Source: Macrostomum lignano
Taxonomy: Eukaryota
Assembly (NCBI GenBank): GCA_002269645.1
Contig: NIVC01000084.1
Coordinates: forward strand, 186,001-250,000
Direction: 5' to 3'
DNA length: 64,000 bases
Part shown: positions 26,119-35,800 of the stretch, piece by piece
Layout of the letters: each line of letters starts with the position of its first letter
How positions within the stretch are numbered: position 1 is the first letter of the stretch
Translations under genes and position numbers: made by a program
Notes under the pieces: model-generated
What the model was told of the DNA's origin: nothing
Database searches by the model: none
The model's input: only the letters and a program-made list of their open reading frames with translations

Positions 26119-26916
26119 ATGGCGTCTGTAATCGACTCGGCTCTGAATCCTCCATTAATTGATTTTCGCTACGCTACGGTGTCTGGATTAAGTGGCGACG
26201 AAATGTTTATTGAAAGTGTGTCCAGCAACTTTGAGAGGACGGGCGACGATTTGACTGCACTGATAGCGGATTGCACGTTCAGCGAGGAATTAGAGAAACT
26301 TTTCAGCTCGGATCCGGAAACCTTGTGTAACCTTGACGAATTGGAAAGTCTGGCCGCTCAACTGGAACGCGACAACGAATGTCATTCGACTGTCTCTAAG
26401 GAGAAAGCTGTGATCAACCGCTTGACGGCCTGGTTGGCGGAGAATAATTTAAAAGTGGATTACGCGACTGCTTCGGTGGAAGAAATTGCCAAATGGGTCC
26501 GCTACTTCTATGCGACTCTGCGTAAGTCAGACGGCAGCTTCTATTCGCCGAATACAATCGTAGGATATCGAGCCGCACTGATCAGGTACTTTATGAGAGG
26601 CAAGAAGAGGGACTCGATCATGGCAGGGATGAGTGATCAGCTGACAGTCGCTCTAGCTGGAACTATGCCGGCACCAAGTTCTACATTGAGCGAAGCTCCT
26701 GCAAGGGCTGTTACAACTACCGACCCGTGCGCCCTGAACGACGCTCCTACAAGGGCTGTTGCGACTACCGACCCGTGCGGATCAGCGTCAATGTCAACTG
26801 TCAAGAAGTCACTGGTTGTTGAAGAATCGACCACCACACTTGTAGCAGCCCCCACTAAGCGGATGAAGATTTTGGCAAACGGCAAAACGAATGTTGTGCA
26901 GTTTATTTTCGAGTAA
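26119..26916 (+). CDS. Crypton/DUF3504-type recombinase N-terminal (core-binding) domain protein lacking the catalytic domain, 265 aa
   Basis: EEIAKWVRYFYATLRKSDGSFYSPNTIVGYRAALIRYF resembles the ZMYM/KCTD1/Crypton 'L..FY...RK.DG..Y....L...RA.I.RY' motif. It joins in frame directly to a C-terminal tail (IMAGMSDQL) with no RHRY catalytic motifs. ATG at 26119. Confidence 0.65.
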   Translation: MASVIDSALNPPLIDFRYATVSGLSGDEMFIESVSSNFERTGDDLTALIADCTFSEELEKLFSSDPETLCNLDELESLAAQLERDNECHSTVSKEKAVINRLTAWLAENNLKVDYATASVEEIAKWVRYFYATLRKSDGSFYSPNTIVGYRAALIRYFMRGKKRDSIMAGMSDQLTVALAGTMPAPSSTLSEAPARAVTTTDPCALNDAPTRAVATTDPCGSASMSTVKKSLVVEESTTTLVAAPTKRMKILANGKTNVVQFIFE

Positions 26917-27299
26917 ATGCCGAGAGGGGTGTGAGTAGGTCTATAGACTCATTAACTGTTTCCCTAGTTCCACTTATTATCCTTTTTGTTCTTCCATATT
27001 GTTATTGATTACATATTCAGTTGCTTCTAAAAATAAATTGTTAAATCGTGCAGGAATGAAGTCATTCCTGCACGATAAGCTAACGTATGTCAAGTGATTT
27101 CTACCATAGACACAGACATTCCTGCACGATAATAAATCGAAAAAATCATTCCTGCACGCTGTGGTCAAACGACAATGGGCATTTTTATCCTTTTCTGCGA
27201 ATTTTCATAGAATCTATACTAGATATAATGTCTGGTCATACTAGTAGTCATAATACCATAGGCGCAGCTTTTTGGGTCATAAATCATCGCTTTCGAAGC

Positions 27300-27470
27300 T
27301 GGTCTGACAGCCACCTGCGCCTCACTCAGTGTTGAAGCGGGCGCCAGATGGTCTGAGAGGATGCGGGCGGTAGCTTTTTTCTCATCATTTTGACAGGCCA
27401 TCAAGATTTATGAGGTCAGAGCCTATTGTTCGTGTTCACTCAAGCGTGTGACAGCTTTGACAGCTATGCG
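27300..27470 (-). pseudogene. Second, inverted Crypton C-terminal remnant
   Basis: VTRLSEHEQ*ALTS*..NDEKKATARILSDHLAPASTLSEA resembles the YR 'SGH...SL.SY...q...mS.iL' end and shares APxSTLSEA with the tail of ORF 26119-26916. Confidence 0.4.
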
Positions 27471-29634
27471 TTTTACCCCTAAAAGTACCTTGGGATTAGC
27501 GATTAGCGATTTCTCTTCATTATCTTCACTTTCTATTTAATAAGAGCTTTCTAATGTATATTTTTTCATTAATTTCTGTCCATCCTACGCGAAAAGTCAT
27601 AAATCATTTTGTTGCGATTTTGAGTTATTTATGGCCGCACCTGTCATCTTTTTTCGACCCTGTGGGAACTGATAGGATCTCTCGGTCACGTGATTCTGGG
27701 TAGCAACAAGCTTAGCCAATCAGAAAATTCGGCGCTCATTTTAACAAAACGGCTCAGCCAATCAGAATCGACGTGTTCCGTTATACCAAACTACGGTCCA
27801 GTTGGCGGCTTTTTAAACCGGTGTTTTTGGCCCGCTCGGAACTCAACTGGCTTTTTCCTGGTTCCTGCTCCACCGGCCAGGAACTGACCGTCGTTTCTTG
27901 ATCCCCGGATTGCGACTTCCCCCCATCATCATCAAGGACGAATCCCCCGGTCATCAGCAGCGAACATCAAGTGAAGAGCATCACCTGCTAGCTAACAGCG
28001 AAGATTGTGACAGCATCATCCTGAGTCTACAGCTGCAGAGCATCAAGCCGATTCGGTCACTGTGGATTACCTGGTCTCCGGCTGTTGAGTTTCTGATTGG
28101 TTGGGTGAGAGGCTACCTAGACTTGCTTGATTGGGTGATCCCTTATCTGGCGCCCATTTCAGTAGCTGAATTAGGCGCACACTTTTGCTCTTTTTGTTCA
28201 GTAGTGCTGTTACTGAGGCAGAAATCATTCAATAATACTGCTAGTAGTATAAAACTCCAATTCAATCCGAAGTGTGAAGTGAACTAAGGAGAAGGTTAAA
28301 TCTAACAGTTATTTTTATCGGATTTATTTCTTTGTTCGCCGATGGCTCAGATGAGTAGCTAAGCTAGTAGACGCCGGTCACAGTGGACCAATGGCAAGGC
28401 AGTTCTCAGTCGACCAATCTATCAAACCAGTGAGCAAAGCTGCCAGGAGTGCAGAATCAGCGCCAGAGATGTACTCCGTGCACTCTAGGTTAGCCAAGCG
28501 GCTTGGGTAAATGAATCATGCGGTCTCTGAAGTTCGAGTTAGCCTATCATCAGCGCTAGGAGAGGCTAGTTGGCGCGTTGAAGGCCAAAAGTACATATCT
28601 TCGTATTTAGCAATGTAATAGTACATGTAGCTACCCGGCCCATAGACTCGCCACCGCAAGAATCCCCTGCACAAGTCCCCTCTGTACCTGCATGGCCAAT
28701 GCGATCTAGTCCCAGCAGTGTCCCTATCATCGGCTATGACTTCGAGATTGACAGCAGAAAGACACTAGTTGGCAGGTAAGTGCAAAGCCCCTTCTAGTCG
28801 GAAGCCCGATTTCGAGAGTCCCGGTGTGGTGAGCCAGGGTGGCAGCCAGGGCCAGGGTGGCAGCAAGTTAGTTGATCTGCGGATTAGCTAATTTCTACTT
28901 TCAAAATTCTCCCTGCTCGTCTCTCGCTGTCCCTCTCTTAGCTATAGGACCTAGACTGCTCGCCACACGATCAAGCTACCATGGGGCTGACCATCTGACA
29001 GGAGTGGGGGGCCAGGTCTCTAATTGATTTATTTCTGAGCCTGAGGCCCGAAGGCTTCCATAACAAGGAGCCCGAAGGTCGAAACCCATCACTTTTGGGA
29101 TACACCTCGTAATACGAGGTTTTTGAGCATATCCAAAATAGTTTAAGCGGAATTATATATTTGTTATATTTGTTAATATCTAACTACCTTTTCTGAATCG
29201 CATTCTAGGAGAATCGTTTTGCTTTAAGGTCATATATATACATGTACGACATTGATTTTTTATTTTTCCCTGCTTAGAATCTTGTTGTTCAGTCGTTAGT
29301 CGTTAATGGGCTGGAAAACCGTTTAAAAAAATTCTAGACGCTCATTCAAATACCTTACTTTTACAAATATCGTAACTCGTATCGTAACTCGTGTAAAAAT
29401 TTAACCTTTTGAACAAATACTAAATACATCGGATTATACTGGCAAAACAGGCTCCTTAAGCCTGAGCCAAATTTACTAAAACTACTACTACTTAAACAGA
29501 GTTAAAAATGAGTCAGAAGCGCACTGTTAGTCAGCGATATCTACGTGTTAGCAACTTTTAAGCACGAAGCATGAAGCATGGATGTCACGTTCCGCCTAAC
29601 GGCTTTTAACGTGTTCTAAGAAATCCAATGATTG

Positions 29635-30623
29635 TGAGGTGGGGGTGGAGAAGAACTTTCTTAGAACGGTTGTTTTTTGAATTTGCTGACACCAGTGAGG
29701 TGGGGCGGATTCCTCGTTTGAATTGCCGCCGGCGTTGAGTTCGCACGAATAAAACCGGAAAACGCGCAGACGAATCACAACGAAATTTCTTCTCCTGTCT
29801 TACTCCGACAGCCGGGTTCTCAAGTCCGGGGGGAGGGTAGTTGTAATCGTAGTCGAGCGGTCGTATAGCGGCCCGGTCGTTCAGATCCGTAGACTCAATT
29901 GGTCTTGACACCGTAAAGCTGCTTTTGAATTGTCGTACTGATTACTGTCAGTAGAGTAGCGCTGCCACCACCGTAATTTGATCCGTATTACGGAACGTTG
30001 GGATCTCAGAGCTCGCTTAAAGTTGAGATCGATTCGGTTGTTTAACGCCCCACGGGCAAATGACTCAAGATAACTGTTATGGGCTTCGATGCTTGAACAA
30101 CTTATTTTAATTATTACTGGGTTTATTTATTGAGCAGGCTGGGTTGCTGGTTAAATTAGAAAAGTTATTTGAAACAAAACCGACGGTGATCGCGGCCGGT
30201 GCCGGGTGCCAATTGCACTAACCAAGAAACTTAAAACACCAAACTACGTTAAACCAACAAAGAAAACAAAACCTAAAACAAAACCAAGAGGAAGAAAGGA
30301 AGGAAGGGAGGAGGAAGAAGAAGCATAATAACAGGCGGCCCGAATTGGCCATATAAATAGAGGGAGTGTCGCCCGGACAGGGATGGGGCAACAGATGGGG
30401 CAACAAGGCAAGGGATGGGGCAGAGAATGGGGCAAAAGATGGGGCAACGGACGGCAACAAAGCCGGGAACGGAGAAAAACAAAACTTAGAGCATCGGCAA
30501 AAGATGGGGCGAGGGATGGGGCATGGGACGGCGCACCGGGTGACAAAATACAACGAGTCATAGCGGTGATGTCACCCGTCTCACGAAACATTCTTGCTCG
30601 GAGTGGTAGCTCGCCCTACCACA
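29635..30623 (-). repeat. 3' LTR
   Basis: Matches 38836-39824 at offset 9201 with no differences seen by eye; AATAAA (minus) at 30122-30131; TATA-like at 30351-30359. Confidence 0.97.
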
Positions 30624-30671
30624 GGCGCCGGGGCGCCGTGCGCTAAAAGAAAACTAGCAGTCTCCCGGCTG

Positions 30672-31433
30672 CTACTGTTGACGTCCTCTGCCGGAGCCGC
30701 GGCCTCGACGAGTGGGTGGCGGTCGGGCAGTCGCAGCGTCGGTCTGAGCGGCGGCGGCAGCTTCTCGTACGGCGGCGCGAGCCGCAGCGCGGGCCTCCCG
30801 ATCGGCGCCGGCCGTGCTGGCGAGTCGGCCCTGGCGACAGAGATTTAGGAACACAGGCGGGACGCCTCGGCCCAGGGCGGCCGCGTATTCCGCGCCGAGA
30901 TGCATCATCGATTCGACGAGGCCCAGTTGGGCGCCGGCCGTCTCGTGCGGGAGGCGCGCGCTCAGCAGCTCCGCAGCCATTAGGATAGCCCTGGACGCGG
31001 TGGCCTGGCCGTGCTGTTGCGCTAGCGCTCTCCAGGTGCAGCAGTCACTAGAATGCTGCCGGCCATCCGTATCCAGCTCCCAGAGGAGCCACTCGGCGAG
31101 CTGCTGGGCGCCCTCTACCGTGGGTCGGTGTTCCGCCGACCATGGCGCTGATAGTGTGCCGCTGGACCCGCTGGACCATTGGGCTGGCTGCGGCTGTGGC
31201 GGGGGCGACGGTGGCCGATGTACTTCGACGAAGCGGATTGCGTCCTGCAAGGGGTCCGCTTGGGCCGCATACACGTCGGCCAAGAATCCCTCAGGCCAAT
31301 GGTCCGGGCTATTCGGCGGAACGAAAGGTTGAGGCGGCGCAGGCGGTCCGACGGGCTCGACCCTTGGCTGATCCACCGCGAAAAGTCGCTCAATCGGATC
31401 GTCGATCTCCCTATTCTCATGGCCGTTATACAT
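30672..31433 (-). CDS. Gypsy ORF3 (env position), 253 aa, unknown function, not Env-like
   Basis: Uninterrupted ORF from ATG 31433 preceded by ttaac...tttccag|caacaATG (acceptor-like). Pro-rich N-terminus, helical core, RG-rich C-terminus; stops 48 nt before the 3' LTR. Confidence 0.7.
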   Translation of the reverse strand: MYNGHENREIDDPIERLFAVDQPRVEPVGPPAPPQPFVPPNSPDHWPEGFLADVYAAQADPLQDAIRFVEVHRPPSPPPQPQPAQWSSGSSGTLSAPWSAEHRPTVEGAQQLAEWLLWELDTDGRQHSSDCCTWRALAQQHGQATASRAILMAAELLSARLPHETAGAQLGLVESMMHLGAEYAAALGRGVPPVFLNLCRQGRLASTAGADREARAAARAAVREAAAAAQTDAATARPPPTRRGRGSGRGRQQ

Positions 31434-32474
31434 TGTTGCTGGAAAGTTGTCGATAGAATGGCTTGTTAATTTGCTGACAAGGCGCAGAGTCGCAAAACCA
31501 AAATTGAAAAAAACAGAGCAGGAGAGTTGGGGCTTCAAATATATGGCTAACCACGCATCCGATGGACAGGGTTTGTCCTTCCGATGGTGTGGGTCCGTCA
31601 CCCCCCCCCATGCACTCTAACGAGGCACACAACGGAGGTGAGGTGGGTGAGTGAAAAGAGAGCAATAAAATTTGGCCGCGAGGAGGGGTCCAAAACCTCC
31701 TAACTTAACCGAAGGCGGCAGTGCCTTATTGATTAAAAGGGGCGCCTTAAACGGCTTACATGAAAGGGGTAAGCGTTTGAGAAAAAGGGGAGCCTCGCAA
31801 ACATTAGTTGAAACGATAAACTGATAAAATAGTGAGAGGCTAGCCAGCTCCTTCTGACTAAAATTATAACAGTAATTATAACCGTAATGAATAGCGTAGT
31901 GACCACTGAACAGGTTATCGTACGGGGATCTCCATATGGAGTTACAACAAAAGAGCAAAAGAAACCGAGCCGAAATGAGGGGCTCTAACAAAATTTCCCA
32001 GGCCTAGCTGGCACGAACAATACAAAGAATAAACATATGGGGAAGAGATTCTCCTCAGGTGCCTTCCGCTGAAGACAAGACCTCGAGTTAGGGGTGCTTG
32101 TCCCGAACGGGGCAAAATTTCCGAATAAAATGGCAGAAGTACACACTTGCCGTTCATGTTTGAGACTGACAGGCTCACAATTCAGGCATGCTTTTCTCCG
32201 GAAAGCATAAGGCAAAAGAGAGAGACTTTCCGCACTTTGACAGGGTGCTAGGAAAGTTTACAATTGATTGGGGCTTTCGCAGACTATTAAGACGCAGGGG
32301 AGCGATGATGCGGGTGAATAATATCGCGTTGGTGCAAGGCTTTACCATTAAGCCTAAGGCTAAATATCAGACGCAGAGGTGCAGGTCGCATTGGATAAAT
32401 ATGCGCTCGAAATTGAGCATGAGCACCAAGTTTACAAATGCTTTTGACCAGAAAGCGTAAGGAGCAGAGATTGA

Positions 32475-32679
32475 AAAATTAGTTGCTTTTGCCCTCAAGC
32501 ATAAGGAAAGTACAGAAAATTAGTTGCTTTTGCCCTCAAGCATAAGGAAAGTACAGAAAATTAGTTGCTTTTGCCCTCAAGCATAAGGAAAGTACAGAAA
32601 AGTAATTGCTTTTGCCCTCAAGCATAAGGAAAGTACAGAAAATTAATTGCTTTTGCCCTCAAGCATAAGGAAAGTACAG
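32475..32679. repeat. 5 x 41-bp tandem repeat inside the Gypsy pol-ORF3 spacer
   Basis: AAAATTAGTTGCTTTTGCCCTCAAGCATAAGGAAAGTACAG x5, near-identical. Confidence 0.95.
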
Positions 32680-32844
32680 ACAAATTAATTAACGAAAAAT
32701 TGAAATTTGCTTTCAGCACAGAACGGGCGCAGAGAAAGCATACAGCGAAATCTAATTCAGGACGCGTTCGCAAACGGGACTACTCATAGTAATGCGCAAC
32801 GTTAATTTATCTATTAGGCGCACAGAAATTCGCTGGTAATTACC

Positions 32845-35800
32845 TTAGAGTTCCACTTCCATGCCGACATCAGGTAGGTCCGGGTCGCCTTCAGCGAGCA
32901 CTTCCGGATGACGCAAACTTGGCTCGAACAGCTGGCTGCCCCGCAGGTCGGGCTGAGCTGTGGTTGGCTGTACTTGCGCGTGCTGATCGGCGGAGTCGGC
33001 TTCGCTGTCGTTACTCGACTCATAGGGCAGCATTGGCCTCTCAGTCTGGCGCGGCGGCTCCTGTGGCCGGTCGGCCATCATCTGTGGCACCTTGATGATG
33101 TTATTGCGATGTACCAACATTTCAGCCGGGCGTCCTCGGCGGGCTGTCGCCGGTCTGATCCAGTACGCCACTTCTCCGACTTTCCTAACGACCTTGTACA
33201 TGCTTTTGTAGGGCCGGTGGAATTTAGGCAGCTCTCCCAGTTCAAGCTTCGGGTTGGCCAGGCAGACAAGGTCGCCGGGCTGCAATTCCACGGGCTTAGG
33301 TCGATTTTCATATTCTTCACGGCGTTGGATCTCAGCTCGCAGACGTTGCCGTACAATGCGCTCAGTCTCGGCCAGTCGGCGCTGGTGCTTCGCGATGTAT
33401 TCTGGGAGGTCAGCTGATACATCCAAGCGGTCTAGGGTGTTGTCGATAGGGTATCGATAAGGCATTCCGTAGACGACATAGTGCGGCGAGAAACCAGTAG
33501 TACGATTGACGGCTGATCGTAGTGCAGTCAAAGCGGCTGGCAGCATCTTGTCCCATTGCTGGTGGTCTTCTAGGAGACAAGTGAGCACCTTCTTGATATT
33601 CTTGTTACACGACTCGGCTTGTCCATTAGCCCAGGGCGAGTATGGCGGTGTCGTAGTCTGTCGTATGCCATAGACTTCGCAGAAATGTCGGAACTCATGC
33701 CCTGTGAACTGCTTGCCTTGATCAGAGTGAATCCACGCCGGGATTCCAGTGATCGGGAAGACCTGTTCCTGCAGGAGAGTTATGATCGTCTTGGCCCGCT
33801 GATTTTTCATGGCGAAGGCGAAGGGATATTTCGACGTTGTGTCAACGTAGGTCAAGATGTACTTGTTTCCCCGGTCAGTAGGATCTCCAGTGGGGCCTAA
33901 GATGTCAATCGCACATCGCCCATAGATTTCACATACCGGAAACGATTGTACATGCGCCGGAATTCGTCGTCGCCCTTTGCTCTGCGTGCAAGTCTGGCAG
34001 GAAGCGACGTAGTCGGACACTGCTTTAGCTAGGGCAGGTCGCCAGAATCTTTCGCGCACTTTTGCAATGGTGAGGTCTCGACCCATGTGTCCGCAGTACG
34101 GCGAGCCATGCAGGTCGGCTAACACCGTGGCGTCGAGACTTTTCGGCAAGACGATTCGCGCTATCTCCTCCTCGCCAACATCGTCGAGATGAATCACTAG
34201 TAGTCCGTCGTCTCGAACTTCGAGCTGCTCGTAAAACGCTAGCAAATTTCGCTCATCTCTTGTCATATTCAATCGCTGATTCAGCGGCGGCTTGGGTTGT
34301 CGACTTTCGATAAGGTTGATCACCATAGAGATGGCAGAGTCAGCACGCTGATGGGTCTGGAGCTCCTCGCGGGTGACTGGCCTCGGAATGTGATCAGTTA
34401 GATTCAAAGTTCGGCGTCGATCAGTAGGATTAGACGGTGCGGCTTCGGCTGTGGCGACATGGTTCGGGGTCTGGAGCTCCCTACGCATGATGGCTACTTG
34501 GGCCGGTCGCCGTGTTGTCGATGTGTCCGAGGGTCGATCCTCGTCAGTGGCTTCGGCGTCACTGTCGCTCAATCCTGATTCGTCAGCAGATGAGAATGAT
34601 GAGGCAGCACTATCAGCATCAAGGCTAAACCTCACCTTCTTGAACCTTGGGCAGCGAGCGGGTTGGCAGCGGTCATCTCGGGTTGCACTGTGGTCGCTGT
34701 CCTCGCCCTCTCCAGCTCGTAGTCGGCGGCTCCTCGCGGGGCAACGTGTCGTGTTAACGAGACTAGTGGGCGATCGCTGCGAGTCCTTGTAACGACTGGC
34801 CGTTGGCCTTGGCTTCGTCGCCGGCGGGTGCAGCTCTGTCAGCGGCCTGCTGTCGGCTGTCGGTGTTGCTGGCGGCGTAGCCTCGCCGTTGGACTCCTTC
34901 GGCTTTGTCGGCGGTCGTCGTCGATTCCGGCGGGTCGATGGCTTCTTGCTCGGTGGAGGGCTAGGGTGGCTGCTGTCAAGGACCTTCGGCGCCGCTGCGC
35001 CAGTTATCGCGGCTGGCTGCTTACTTTGGTCCTCGTCTGCTGCCTCTCGCTGAGCCTCCTCCATGCATTCAGCGTCGTCCTCTGGCCGTCTCGATAGGCC
35101 GTCGGCATTCTGGTGCTGACTCGATTTGCGATGCTGGATCTCGAACTCGAATTCGCTTAGGCGCTGTAGCCATCGTCCAAAGATGCCTACTTGTTGAGTT
35201 CGCCGGAGAATCCAGGTCAACGCTGCGTGATCAGTTCGACAAATAAACTTCTTGGCCAGCAGGTAGAATCGGAAATGTCGCATGCCGTCTACAACTGCCA
35301 AGAGTTCCTGCTTTGTTATCGGATATCGCGCTTCAGCTGGTTTGAGTCGCCGGGAGAAATAGCCAATTGGTCGTTCGATTCCATCAGCTTGGCGCTGGCT
35401 CAGACATGCTCCGATTCTGGTCGCAGAAGCATCCGTGTCCAGGACAAACATGACGTTGGGGTCTTCGCTGAACTGCGGATACGCGAGCACTGAGGTCGAA
35501 GTCATGGCCGCTTTAAGCTGGTCGAACGCGTCTTGTTGGGCTTTCCCCCATAGACAGTTAAAGTTGCGAATTTTCTTCTCTTTAATTACATCGTGGAGTG
35601 GAGCTGCCAACTCTGCGTAGCCAGGTACAAATTTTGCATAGTAAGCACACGTGCAGACGAAACTTTTCAGTTGCCGGGCAGTTCTTGGTCTCGGCCAGGT
35701 TTGGATTGCTTCGATTTTCGCCGGATCGGTCTTGATGCCGTCTTTCGTAACTAGATGTCCCAAATAATGGAGGCTTTCCCGAAATAAATGACACTTCTTG

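Larger units (their letters stand above)
25825..29090. mobile_element. Crypton-like (tyrosine-recombinase-derived) composite insertion, non-autonomous
   Basis: Flanked by the direct repeat ACTTTT(G) (25819-24 / 29091-96); GATG...CATC termini; GAA-loop hairpins near both ends; encodes a DUF3504/Crypton-like fragment. Confidence 0.65.
24491..29109 (-). mobile_element. Mariner (DD34D) transposon, ~1347 bp without the nested insertion; right TIR split by a 3.27-kb insert
   Basis: TA(24489-90)+TIR CGAGGTGTATCCCAAAAGTAAGTTTC 24491-24516. Right TIR is GAAACTTACTTTT (25812-25824) plus ACTTTTGGGATACACCTCG (29091-29109) followed by TA (29110-11). Confidence 0.9.

Noticed and set aside
27898-28780. Exon-like GC-richer patches inside the Crypton-like insert
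   Set aside because: Could not assemble a phase-consistent ORF or recognise a domain; left as unresolved cargo.
29040-29090. Hammerhead-ribozyme-like fragments (CTGAGGCCCGAAGGC; GAGCCCGAAGGTCGAAAC..ATC) at the insert end
   Set aside because: No intact CUGANGA core and stem III cannot pair; better explained as GAA-loop terminal hairpins. An Infernal search would settle it.
30218-30646. Small ORFs within the LTRs (also 39419-39883)
   Set aside because: Low-complexity purine/pyrimidine-biased LTR sequence; overlapping frames on both strands.
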